Part shown: in pieces, positions 26,131-34,328 of the stretch
How positions within the stretch are numbered: the first letter of the stretch is position 1
Layout: every line of letters starts with the position of its first letter
Assembly: GCA_964584225.1 (NCBI GenBank)
Contig: CAZOZG010000001.1
Coordinates: 21,652 to 85,651 of the forward strand
Source of the DNA: an uncultured Candidatus Saccharibacteria bacterium
GTDB lineage: Bacteria; Patescibacteriota; Minisyncoccia; Phycocordibacterales; UBA2100
Length of the DNA stretch: 64,000 bases
Direction: 5' to 3'
Notes under the pieces: model-generated
What the model saw: only the letters and a program-made list of their open reading frames with translations
What the model was told of the DNA's origin: nothing
Databases searched by the model: none
Position numbers and translations under genes: made by a program

Positions 26131-26157
26131 GCCCGCTATCGCGGGCGTTTCGTTTTT
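26131..26157 (+). promoter_or_regulatory. leader hairpin plus U-tract (gcccgc-tatc-gcgggc gtttcgttttt) in the rplC 5' UTR, putative attenuator
   Basis: Terminator-like structure between promoter and ATG; analogous hairpin before rpsS. Confidence 0.35.
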
Positions 26158-26163
26158 AAAGAT

Positions 26164-26760
26164 ATGAAATTCATGCTCGGCACCAAAGGCAAAATGACCC
26201 AGGTCTTCGACGACGCTGGTGCCGTCTGGGCTGCGACGATCGTAAACGCCGGTCCGTTGACCGTCACGCAGGTGAAGACGACGGAGAAAGATGGGTATGC
26301 ATCAGCGCAAGTGGGTTTTGGCATGAAGAAAGAAAAGCGCGTCAACCAAGCGCAAAAGGCAAAGCCGTTTCAATACATGCGCGAATTTACAGATAAAACA
26401 CTGCCGGAAATGGGCGCGAAAATCGACGCGTCGATTTTCGCGCCAGGCGATGTTGTCGCCGTTTCCGCGATCTCAAAAGGCAAAGGCTTCCAGGGCGTCG
26501 TGAAGCGCCACGGTTTTGCAGGCGGTCCTCGCTCGCACGGCCAGAAGAATAAAGAGCGCGCGCCCGGATCAATCGGCGGTGGTGCACGAGCTGGCGCACA
26601 CGTCGCAAAAGGCATGCGCATGGCCGGCCGTATGGGCAGTGATCGCATCACCATCAAAAACCTCAAAGTGCTGCAAGTCGACGCAGCGTCAAACACGATT
26701 GTGATTTCAGGCGCGATTCCCGGTCGTCCGGGCACGCTCGTTGAAATCGTAGGAAAATAA
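26164..26760 (+). CDS. rplC: 50S ribosomal protein L3
   Basis: 198 aa; QVFDDAG...KGKGFQGVVKRHGF motif typical of L3. Confidence 0.95.
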   Translation: MKFMLGTKGKMTQVFDDAGAVWAATIVNAGPLTVTQVKTTEKDGYASAQVGFGMKKEKRVNQAQKAKPFQYMREFTDKTLPEMGAKIDASIFAPGDVVAVSAISKGKGFQGVVKRHGFAGGPRSHGQKNKERAPGSIGGGARAGAHVAKGMRMAGRMGSDRITIKNLKVLQVDAASNTIVISGAIPGRPGTLVEIVGK

Positions 26761-26938
26761 TGAGCGAAGCGAATATATTTTCCACGACCCAGCACCAATT
26801 TTGAAACTCGAGAAAAATATGCAAAACTATCCGACTCAGTTGAATACAGCGAAAGGAGGCACGAACTTCTGGCACTCAAAATTGGTGCTGGGTGCAAGAG
26901 CTTCTAAGCTCGCTGTGCTCGCTAAGAATCTCTAGCAT
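26761..26938 (+). ncRNA. conserved structured intergenic element, copy A (5' GAGCGAAGCGAA; 15-bp inverted repeat cccagcaccaatttt/aaaattggtgctggg; 3' block aagagcttctaagctcgctgtgctcgctaagaatctctagcat)
   Basis: Paralogous to 36489-36646 with compensatory change of the long inverted repeat; ends exactly at the rplD ATG. Confidence 0.4.
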
Positions 26939-27604
26939 ATGGACGCACCTATCTACAACGCACAAGGAAAGAAAGGAGGCTCGGTAAAGCTCCCCGACAA
27001 CGTCTTTGGCATTGCGTGGAATGATTCTTTGATGCACCAAGTTGTCACCTCGATGCAAAGCAACGCACGCGGCCCTGTCGCGCACGCCAAAGGTCGCGGC
27101 GACGTCCGCGGTGGTGGCAAAAAGCCATGGCAGCAGAAGGGCACTGGTCGCGCTCGTCACGGCTCGATCCGCTCGCCCATTTGGAAAGGCGGTGGTGTCA
27201 CACACGGTCCGATCAAAGACAAGAATTATACCCGGGAAATTCCAAAAAAAATGCGCGCAAAGGCACTCTTCATGGCACTCTCGCGTAAACTCGCCGACAA
27301 CGAAATCGTCTTCGTCGACTCGTTCGGTATTACTGCGCCGAAGACGGCAGTTGCAAAGAAAGCACTCGTCGCACTCTCGAAGAGTGGTTTTGAAAAGCTT
27401 TCGAAGAAAAAGAATGCTGCGCTCATTGCGCTTCCCGATCCTTCAGAGGCGGCGATGAAGAGTTTCCGCAACATCGGCAATGTCGACGTCATGAGCGTCA
27501 GAAACCTCAACCCAGTGGCTGTCATGGGCAGCTCCTACCTCGTCGTCGAAAATCCTGAAGCTGCCGTCGCGATTCTCGCCACACGTGCAACAAATAAAAA
27601 ATAA
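26939..27604 (+). CDS. rplD: 50S ribosomal protein L4
   Basis: 221 aa; KKPWQQKGTGRAR motif. Confidence 0.95.
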   Translation: MDAPIYNAQGKKGGSVKLPDNVFGIAWNDSLMHQVVTSMQSNARGPVAHAKGRGDVRGGGKKPWQQKGTGRARHGSIRSPIWKGGGVTHGPIKDKNYTREIPKKMRAKALFMALSRKLADNEIVFVDSFGITAPKTAVAKKALVALSKSGFEKLSKKKNAALIALPDPSEAAMKSFRNIGNVDVMSVRNLNPVAVMGSSYLVVENPEAAVAILATRATNKK

Positions 27605-27606
27605 GT

Positions 27607-27984
27607 ATGGCCTGGTTTAAAAACGACAAAAAAGAAGAAAAGAAAGAGACAGCGACGCCGAAAGCCGCGACGCCTGTATCAGCAGCGACATCATCGACCA
27701 AAGCCGATCTCGCGCACGTCCTGAAGAATCCGCGCATCACCGAAAAGGCGACGATGCATGGGGCACAGGGCGTCTACACCTTCGACATCGCTGAAAACGC
27801 CACAAAGCGCGAAATCTTCGCCGCCGTCAAAAAGTTTTACGCCGTCACGCCGCGCATGGTGCGCGTTGTTCGTGTGCCCGCGAAGATGAAACGCAGCATG
27901 CGCACTGGCAAGGTGGGCATGAAAAGCGGTGGCAAAAAAGCATACGTTTACCTCAAAAAAGGCGAACAGATAACACTCACATAA
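27607..27984 (+). CDS. rplW: 50S ribosomal protein L23 with Lys/Ala-rich N-terminal extension
   Basis: Core VLKNPRITEKA...YTFDIAENATKREI matches L23. Confidence 0.9.
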   Translation: MAWFKNDKKEEKKETATPKAATPVSAATSSTKADLAHVLKNPRITEKATMHGAQGVYTFDIAENATKREIFAAVKKFYAVTPRMVRVVRVPAKMKRSMRTGKVGMKSGGKKAYVYLKKGEQITLT

Positions 27985-27985
27985 T

Positions 27986-28822
27986 ATGAAAACCTATCGA
28001 CCAGTCACCAAATCTGAGCGTCAGCACACCTCGATCGAATACTCGAAGCTCTTGAGCGGTCACAAGCCTCATAAGCCTTTGGTGGGCGGCAAACGCCACA
28101 CCGGCGGCCGCAATGCGCACGGCAGGATCACGATGCGTCACAAAGGTGGCGGTCACAAGAAAAACTACCGATCGGTCGACTTCACGTTCGACAAAAAGAA
28201 CGTTCCCGCGCGCATCGCGACGATCGAATACGACCCGTTCCGCTCGGCGTTCATTGGACTTGCGATTTACGCCGATGGCGAGAAGCGCTATGTCATCGTC
28301 CCGCAGCGCGTAAAGGTCGGCGACACCTTCCTCGTTTCTGAAACCGCGCCGGTGAAGCCTGCGAATCGCCTACCGCTTGGGAAAATTCCGGTGGGTACGT
28401 TTGTCTACAACATCGAGCTGAAGCCGGGCGCTGGCGGCGTCCTCGCGCGCTCGGCGGGCAATTACTGCGAAATCATCGCGCAAGATGCTGGCTACACACA
28501 CCTCAAGATGCCGTCGACCGAAGTCCGCAAAGTGATCGGCACTGCTTGGGCATCCGTCGGCGAAGTTTCAAATCAAGAACACTCGCTCGTCGTCATCGGC
28601 AAAGCGGGCCGAACGCGCTGGATGGACGTGCGCCCGACGGTGCGTGGTACTGCTATGAACCCGGTGGATCACCCGCACGGTGGAGGTGAAGGTAAGCAAG
28701 GCCGCGGCAGCCGTCGCCAAAAGACTATCTGGGGTAAACCAGCCGGCAAAGGTCAAAAGACAAGGCGGCCGAAGAAATACTCCAACGTCTTCATTGTTTC
28801 TCGCAGAAAGGTTGGCAAATAG
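27986..28822 (+). CDS. rplB: 50S ribosomal protein L2
   Basis: 278 aa; GGGHKKNYR and HPHGGGEG motifs. Confidence 0.97.
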   Translation: MKTYRPVTKSERQHTSIEYSKLLSGHKPHKPLVGGKRHTGGRNAHGRITMRHKGGGHKKNYRSVDFTFDKKNVPARIATIEYDPFRSAFIGLAIYADGEKRYVIVPQRVKVGDTFLVSETAPVKPANRLPLGKIPVGTFVYNIELKPGAGGVLARSAGNYCEIIAQDAGYTHLKMPSTEVRKVIGTAWASVGEVSNQEHSLVVIGKAGRTRWMDVRPTVRGTAMNPVDHPHGGGEGKQGRGSRRQKTIWGKPAGKGQKTRRPKKYSNVFIVSRRKVGK

Positions 28823-28854
28823 TCTCTCGATTCGCGCATGATACACTGCGCGAG

Positions 28855-30060
28855 ATGGCGAATTCGTTCGAGGATTTTCAGCTGAAAAGGAAGGAGCGCA
28901 ACGAAGATTTCGACGCCGAACTCGACTCGCTGCAGCAGCGCCTCGGGTACCGCTTTAAAAACAAAGAGCTTTTGATACAGGCGCTCACCGCGAGAGGTTT
29001 CGCCGAGCAGATTGGTGAGCGACACAACACGAGACTCGAAGCGCGCGGCGACGATATTTTGGAGCGGCGAGTCAATGCATGGCTCACACAACACCCGTTT
29101 GGTTCCTATCGAGGGTATATCTATTTAAACGGTTTTCTCAACAGCAACCTGTATCTTTCATCGGCCGGCGTTCGTTTGGGCATTGATCGCGGCGTCCGCG
29201 TGAATGAGGCGCGTGCACAGAGTCAAAGTGTCGAGACGAAAATACGGATGACCGCCGACGCCATGGAAGCGATCATCGCGGCGATCGAAGACGATGGTGG
29301 CAGACCTGCCTCGATCGACTTTATGGAGGCGCACTTGTTGCCCGAATCGGTGTCGGATTCGCCGCTTGGGCGTTTTGTTGGGCTATGCTCCGGTGATCCG
29401 CACGTGATCGAGCAGACATTCAACTCGCTCTTGCGTGGACGAGCAAAACTAGAAATGACTAAACAGGGGAGGGATTTTCATGCAGTCATCAAGGGCGTCG
29501 ACCTGCCCGACGTTCCTTCCAGCCACTCCGACGCTGCACACGCCGCTCATCGAGCAGTCATGACATTTCTCCGGCAAAATCCGTGGGTGCTGTGGGGTTT
29601 CGACGGGCCGGTGAGTCAGCGTGCACCTTCAATGGCATGGGGCGCATACCCGGAGTACGTCGAGCAATCTCTGCCGAAAGAAGTGCGAACGCCCGAATAC
29701 ATCGAAGATCCATACCTTTCGGTCCCTCATCGCGAGGAAGAAGGATGGCCAGATATCGAAATTCCTGCGCTCTTGCCTGAATCAACTCGAGATCGCGGCC
29801 CCTACATCGACAAACTTCGCTGTGTGCTCGAAGGTAAAACTGTCGTCGTGCGTTCGAAAAAAATCGGCAAGGAACAGTTTCCTCGCTACGCATTCTATGT
29901 CGACAAAAATTTTCTCACGACTGTCGAAGGACGTCGCACCTTGAACGACGCCGCGAGTCAGGCCTTACGTGAGCTCGCTGAGATCGAGGCAGAGGGAATA
30001 GAGGATAAAGAAGCAGACGAATTGCCGGTAGAAAATTCACCGGAACCAGAAAGTCAATAA
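28855..30060 (+). CDS. atypical RNase III-like protein (N-terminal ribonuclease III catalytic domain plus ~230-aa C-terminal extension with possible dsRBD-like end)
   Basis: NTRLEARGDD matches the ERLEFLGD signature with E and D retained. MTADAMEAIIAAIEDDGG matches ADALEAL(I)GAIYLDGG. It is 401 aa versus about 230 aa for canonical bacterial RNase III. Confidence 0.55.
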   Translation: MANSFEDFQLKRKERNEDFDAELDSLQQRLGYRFKNKELLIQALTARGFAEQIGERHNTRLEARGDDILERRVNAWLTQHPFGSYRGYIYLNGFLNSNLYLSSAGVRLGIDRGVRVNEARAQSQSVETKIRMTADAMEAIIAAIEDDGGRPASIDFMEAHLLPESVSDSPLGRFVGLCSGDPHVIEQTFNSLLRGRAKLEMTKQGRDFHAVIKGVDLPDVPSSHSDAAHAAHRAVMTFLRQNPWVLWGFDGPVSQRAPSMAWGAYPEYVEQSLPKEVRTPEYIEDPYLSVPHREEEGWPDIEIPALLPESTRDRGPYIDKLRCVLEGKTVVVRSKKIGKEQFPRYAFYVDKNFLTTVEGRRTLNDAASQALRELAEIEAEGIEDKEADELPVENSPEPESQ

Positions 30061-30061
30061 A

Positions 30062-30096
30062 AAGAGAAAGGCCCAGGATTTCCCCGGGCCTTTACG
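30062..30096. terminator. hairpin aaaggccc...gggccttt between convergent genes
   Basis: 8-bp stem with flanking A/T runs on both strands. Confidence 0.4.
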
Positions 30097-30108
30097 GTCG
30101 GAACTGCG

Positions 30109-30360
30109 TTAACGAAAAAGCGACAAGGCTCCCGGGGGCAGCAGGTCGTCGCCAACGCGGATCGGTTTGTCTTCCTGATGTGCCTTCACCAACAGGTGAT
30201 GAATTCGAATCGCATTCCTGTACACCTCAGATTCTGTCGCGGCGTCGGTCCACTGATCGAGATCCTGAGCCATGAGGTCAGTTGCGGGCGAAACGGATAT
30301 CGTTTTCTTGACCTTTTTAGAATTTCTCCCGACCCCAACGGCTTGTCGTTGCTTTGCCAT
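30109..30360 (-). CDS. ribbon-helix-helix (CopG/Arc/MetJ-like) DNA-binding protein
   Basis: 83 aa; KKTISVSPATDLMAQDLDQWTDAATESEVYRNAIRIHHLL fits the beta-strand plus two-helix RHH pattern; aaggag SD 7 nt upstream. Confidence 0.5.
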   Translation of the reverse strand: MAKQRQAVGVGRNSKKVKKTISVSPATDLMAQDLDQWTDAATESEVYRNAIRIHHLLVKAHQEDKPIRVGDDLLPPGALSLFR

Positions 30361-30407
30361 GGTTCAACTCCTTTGCCGAACAGCAGGCTAACATGGGCCT
30401 TAGAAAA

Positions 30408-30436
30408 TTGACAGAGAGAGCCATTTCCTATACATT
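30408..30436 (+). promoter_or_regulatory. sigma70-like promoter TTGACA-17-TACATT upstream of rpsS
   Basis: Restart promoter after the RNase III/RHH insertion. Confidence 0.45.
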
Positions 30437-30443
30437 GTGCCTA

Positions 30444-30461
30444 CCCGCGACGCGGGATTTT
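30444..30461 (+). promoter_or_regulatory. leader hairpin plus U-tract (cccgc-gac-gcggg atttt) in the rpsS 5' UTR
   Basis: Same architecture as the rplC leader hairpin. Confidence 0.3.
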
Positions 30462-30469
30462 AAATTGAT

Positions 30470-30826
30470 ATGAGTCGCAGTTTGAAGAAAGGCCCCTACG
30501 TGGACCAGAAATTGATGAAGAAAGTCGGCGCTCGAAAGTCGGGTGCGGGCTCTATCAAGACGTGGGCGCGCGCGAGCTCGATCGCGCCGGAGTTTGTCGG
30601 CTACACGTTTTCTGTACACAACGGTAAGAGCTTCGAGGAAGTGTTCGTGACCGAAGACATGGTGGGGCATCGCCTCGGTGAATTCGCCCCGACGACCAAA
30701 TTCATCAAGCACGGTGGTCGCATGCAGAAAGAAGCAGAGATGGCAGCGAAGGCCGCTGAGATCGCTTCTGCGCAAGCTGCAAAAGCAACCGCCGAGACGG
30801 CAAAGCCAGGTGCTGGTGCAAAATAA
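30470..30826 (+). CDS. rpsS: 30S ribosomal protein S19 with Ala/Lys-rich C-terminal extension
   Basis: [11 protein letters not shown]...TFSVHNGK core. Confidence 0.95.
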   Translation: MSRSLKKGPYVDQKLMKKVGARKSGAGSIKTWARASSIAPEFVGYTFSVHNGKSFEEVFVTEDMVGHRLGEFAPTTKFIKHGGRMQKEAEMAAKAAEIASAQAAKATAETAKPGAGAK

Positions 30827-30829
30827 TAT

Positions 30830-31201
30830 ATGAAAGCGCTTTTGAAAAACTATCATCAGTCGCCGCGCAAGGTTCGCCTTGTCGCAGATTTGATTCGCGG
30901 CAAGAGCGTGCCCGCCGCGCGCGCTGCTCTTATGTACTTGCCGAAGAAGTCCTCGCCAGCTATTTCCAAATTGCTCGACTCCGCAGTCGCCAACGCGCGC
31001 GCGGCGGGCGCACATCCTGAGAATCTTTTCGTGAAGAAAATCACTGTCGACAAAGGTATGGTCATGCGCCGCTACCGCCCCTTTGCGCGCGGCCGCGCAG
31101 GTTCTGTACGAAAGACCATGAGTATCGTCAATCTTGAGCTCGCGCAAGGGAGCGCGCCCATGAAGGCAAAAAAGGCCAAGAAGCAAGTCGAGGCAAAATA
31201 A
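30830..31201 (+). CDS. rplV: 50S ribosomal protein L22
   Basis: 123 aa; SPRKVRLVADLIRGK motif. Confidence 0.93.
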   Translation: MKALLKNYHQSPRKVRLVADLIRGKSVPAARAALMYLPKKSSPAISKLLDSAVANARAAGAHPENLFVKKITVDKGMVMRRYRPFARGRAGSVRKTMSIVNLELAQGSAPMKAKKAKKQVEAK

Positions 31202-31202
31202 T

Positions 31203-31877
31203 ATGACTCACACAGTACATCCATACGCACACCGTCTCGGCATCATTCGCGACTGGAAGAGTCGTTGGTTTGCCAAGACACCGGCTGAGTACCGCCAGAA
31301 TGTCATGACCGACGCAGCAATTCGCCGCTTCCTCAAGAAGCGCTTGCGCGGCAGCTATGTGACCGCAGTCGAAATCGAGCGCAACGAAAAGAACATCCGC
31401 GTCTTGGTGAAGACATCGCGCCCTGGCCTTATCATCGGTCGTGGTGGCGAGGGAAGCACGAAGCTCACGAAAGAAATTGAGACGATTGCGCGCAAAGTCC
31501 CGGGTGCCACCAAGAAACCCGTGCGCCTCGATATCGAGGAGGTCCGCTCGCCAGAATCACAAGCGCCTGTTGTTGCATACATGATCGCCGAAGGTCTCGA
31601 AAAGCGACAGACCTTCCGTCGTGTTTTGAAGCAGACGGTAGAAAAAGTGATGGCCAATCGCGACGTGCAAGGTGTGCGCATCGCAATCGCCGGTCGCTTG
31701 GGCGGCGCAGAAATGTCACGCACCGAAGAGATCAAGCGTGGCCGCGTACCGCTCCAGACGTTGCGTGCCGATATCGATTTCGCGAAAGAGGAAGCGTATC
31801 TGCCGTACGGCGTGATTGGCGTCAAAGTCTGGATCTACCGCGGAGAAATTTTCGATAAAAACAAGGCACAAAAATAG
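31203..31877 (+). CDS. rpsC: 30S ribosomal protein S3
   Basis: 224 aa; KH domain plus S3 C-terminal domain. Confidence 0.95.
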   Translation: MTHTVHPYAHRLGIIRDWKSRWFAKTPAEYRQNVMTDAAIRRFLKKRLRGSYVTAVEIERNEKNIRVLVKTSRPGLIIGRGGEGSTKLTKEIETIARKVPGATKKPVRLDIEEVRSPESQAPVVAYMIAEGLEKRQTFRRVLKQTVEKVMANRDVQGVRIAIAGRLGGAEMSRTEEIKRGRVPLQTLRADIDFAKEEAYLPYGVIGVKVWIYRGEIFDKNKAQK

Positions 31878-31878
31878 T

Positions 31879-32301
31879 ATGTTGGCTCCCAAAAAAGCAA
31901 AATTCCGAAAGTGGCAGCGTGGTCGCCGGGGCGAACGCCGCATGAACGCGCCAGAGACACGTGGCATTACTGTTGCGTTTGGTTCCTTCGGCCTCAAAGC
32001 GCTGACGCAAGGGCGAGTTCGCTCCAACCAGATCGAAGCGGCGCGTCGCGCGCTCACGCGTGCGGGCGGCAAATCCGCAAAGATCTGGACGCGCGTGTTC
32101 CCCGACCGACCCTTCACACAGAAAGCAGCGGAAGTCGGCATGGGTAGCGGAAAGGGTGACGTCGCTGGCTACGAAATCGACATTCGACCAGGCCGCGTGA
32201 TTTTCGAAATCGACGGCGCGCCAGAAGAGATGGCACGTGAAGCGTTGCGCAAAGCTGGCACCAAGCTTCCCCTCAAAGCGAAAGTCGTCGCTCGACAATG
32301 A
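31879..32301 (+). CDS. rplP: 50S ribosomal protein L16
   Basis: MLAPKKAKFRKWQRGR start. Confidence 0.95.
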   Translation: MLAPKKAKFRKWQRGRRGERRMNAPETRGITVAFGSFGLKALTQGRVRSNQIEAARRALTRAGGKSAKIWTRVFPDRPFTQKAAEVGMGSGKGDVAGYEIDIRPGRVIFEIDGAPEEMAREALRKAGTKLPLKAKVVARQ

Positions 32302-32302
32302 T

Positions 32303-32491
32303 ATGGCAGATTTTAAAGCACAAAGCGTAGAGGAATTGAACCAGCTCGTCTCTGAGAAACGCGAGGCACTTCGCGCGTTTCGCTTCGGTGGAGCCGGCAG
32401 CCGCGTGCGCAACACGCGCGAGGGTCGCAGTATTCGCAAAGAAATCGCACAGATTCTCACCGAGCTTCGGGCTCGTACACTCAAGAAATAG
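32303..32491 (+). CDS. rpmC: 50S ribosomal protein L29
   Basis: 62 aa; ELNQLVSEKREALRAFRF. Confidence 0.85.
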   Translation: MADFKAQSVEELNQLVSEKREALRAFRFGGAGSRVRNTREGRSIRKEIAQILTELRARTLKK

Positions 32492-32492
32492 T

Positions 32493-32735
32493 ATGGAACA
32501 CACCAACCCAGGCGCAAAAGAATTTAATGGCGTCGTCGTCAAAACGGCGATGAAAGACACGGCCACTGTGCTCGTGAATCGCTACGTCATGCACCCGAAA
32601 TACAAAAAATATCAAAAGCGCAGCAAGAAATTCCTCGTGCACGACGTCGGCAACACAGCGAAAGTAGGAGACAAAGTCACGATCCGCGAGACGCGCCCGA
32701 TCTCGAAGCGAAAGCGCTTCATCCTCGTCACATAA
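32493..32735 (+). CDS. rpsQ: 30S ribosomal protein S17
   Basis: 80 aa; GVVVKTAMKDTATVLVNRYVMHPKYKK. Confidence 0.9.
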   Translation: MEHTNPGAKEFNGVVVKTAMKDTATVLVNRYVMHPKYKKYQKRSKKFLVHDVGNTAKVGDKVTIRETRPISKRKRFILVT

Positions 32736-32736
32736 T

Positions 32737-33117
32737 ATGATTCACGATCGAACCATCGTAAAAATTGCAGACAACTCAGGCGGCCTCATCGGTCGTGTGT
32801 TCAAAGTGCTCGGCGGATCGAAAAAGCGCTACGCGCGCATCGGTGAGGAAGTGGTGATTTCGATTCAGACTGTGCAGCCGCGCAAAGCCGTGAAGAAGAA
32901 GGAAGTGCACCGCGCCGTCGTCGTCCGCACCACTGCTCCCGTGCGCCGCAAAGATGGCTCGTACGTTCGTTTTGATGAAAACGCTGTCGTACTCGTCGTC
33001 GGATCGGGCAAAGAGCCGAAGGAGCCGAAGGCAAACCGCGTGTTTGGTCCGATCCCGCGTGAGGTTGTCGAAAAAGGCTACCAGCGCATTGGCTCGCTCG
33101 CGCCAGAAATCGTCTAA
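32737..33117 (+). CDS. rplN: 50S ribosomal protein L14
   Basis: 126 aa; KIADNSGG...KVLGGS. Confidence 0.95.
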   Translation: MIHDRTIVKIADNSGGLIGRVFKVLGGSKKRYARIGEEVVISIQTVQPRKAVKKKEVHRAVVVRTTAPVRRKDGSYVRFDENAVVLVVGSGKEPKEPKANRVFGPIPREVVEKGYQRIGSLAPEIV

Positions 33118-33127
33118 ATCTTTACAT

Positions 33128-33436
33128 ATGAAACTCAAGAAAGGAGACAAAGTAATCGTCATTGCGGGCAAAAATCGTGGTCAAAATGGCACGATTGTGC
33201 GTGTGCTACCGAAGAAAGACTTGGTGATCCTCGAGGGACTCAATCTTGTGAAAAAACACCGCAAGCCGTCGGCACAAAATCGCAAAGGTCAAATCGTCGA
33301 CAAGCCAATGCCGCTTCATGTCTCCAATGTCATGATCGCCGACCCGAAAGATGGCAAACCGACGCGCGTCAAAATCACGCGCGACAAGGATGGCATGCAC
33401 CGCGTCGCAGTCAACAGCGGCGAGCAGCTCAAATAG
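33128..33436 (+). CDS. rplX: 50S ribosomal protein L24
   Basis: MKLKKGDKVIVIAGKNRGQNGTI (KOW motif). Confidence 0.9.
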   Translation: MKLKKGDKVIVIAGKNRGQNGTIVRVLPKKDLVILEGLNLVKKHRKPSAQNRKGQIVDKPMPLHVSNVMIADPKDGKPTRVKITRDKDGMHRVAVNSGEQLK

Positions 33437-33437
33437 T

Positions 33438-33980
33438 ATGGCGACCATAACTCACACACATACGTTTGCGGCCATGAAAGATTCGATGGGCTACACCAAT
33501 GTCATGCAAGCACCGCGCGTCACCAAGATCGTCGTTTCGACAGGCGTCGGTGGCGTGAGGGGAGACAAGAAACGTCTCGAACTCATCGTTGATCGTCTCG
33601 CGCGCATTACGGGTCAAGCGCCGGCGACGCGTGCTGCGAAGAAATCGATCGCAACCTTCAAAGTGCGCCAAGGCGACATCGTCGGCTACCAAGTCACGTT
33701 GCGTGGCGCACGCATGCAAGCATTTTTGGACAAACTCATTCACATTGTGTTCCCACGCACCAAGGACTTCCGAGGCTTGAAGTCTTCTGCGATTGATGAA
33801 ATGGGCAACATGACGATCGGCATCAAAGAACACACCGTCTTTCCCGAGACTTCCGACGAAGATTCGAAAGATATCTTTGGCCTTGCTGTCACCATCACCA
33901 CGACCGCGAAGAACAAAAAAGAGGCAGAAGGGTATCTCCGGCACCTCGGCCTTCCGCTCCAGCCTGCCGACAATAAGTAA
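33438..33980 (+). CDS. rplE: 50S ribosomal protein L5
   Basis: 180 aa; typical L5 core. Confidence 0.95.
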   Translation: MATITHTHTFAAMKDSMGYTNVMQAPRVTKIVVSTGVGGVRGDKKRLELIVDRLARITGQAPATRAAKKSIATFKVRQGDIVGYQVTLRGARMQAFLDKLIHIVFPRTKDFRGLKSSAIDEMGNMTIGIKEHTVFPETSDEDSKDIFGLAVTITTTAKNKKEAEGYLRHLGLPLQPADNK

Positions 33981-34008
33981 AACGGACGCCTACGAGCATC
34001 CGTTTTTC
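33978..34008. terminator. hairpin aaaacgga...tccgttttt after rplE
   Basis: 8-bp stem plus T5. Confidence 0.45.
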
Positions 34009-34208
34009 CAGAACAAGTGATAATACTGCGTCCATTTTCTGAGGAGCTTTGCTTTAGCGCGTCTTTTTGCCTTCCGCTTGCGCTTTCTTAATTTCACCTC
34101 GACGCGGAGCAATCCGGTATAAGCGACGATCAGCTTCTTTGTATAATAGATGTGCGGTGCGCCGCACTCATCCACCCAGCCGACGTATGCGTACAGCTTC
34201 TTTGGCAT
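33990..34208 (-). CDS. hypothetical small basic protein (72 aa)
   Basis: ORF inside the rplE-rpsN insertion; Lys/Arg-rich tail. Confidence 0.3.
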   Translation of the reverse strand: MPKKLYAYVGWVDECGAPHIYYTKKLIVAYTGLLRVEVKLRKRKRKAKRRAKAKLLRKWTQYYHLFWKNGCS

Positions 34209-34328
34209 TGAGATCTCCCGTGGCTGAGCCGATAGTGCACGTAAGTGTTCCCTAGGTCAAATACCTCTCGCTATATAAAAAAGAAACGGGCGCTTTCGGG
34301 CGCCCGTTTTGTTTCGGATCAGCGGCAT

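Noticed and set aside
26761-26938. Considered the conserved intergenic elements as small protein genes (38-codon frame MQNYPTQ... in copy A and 28-codon frame MKTPTDN... in copy B from a conserved ATG)
   Set aside because: A 1-nt length difference in the conserved 3' block shifts the frame between copies, so only nucleotide-level and base-pairing conservation is maintained. No SD is present.
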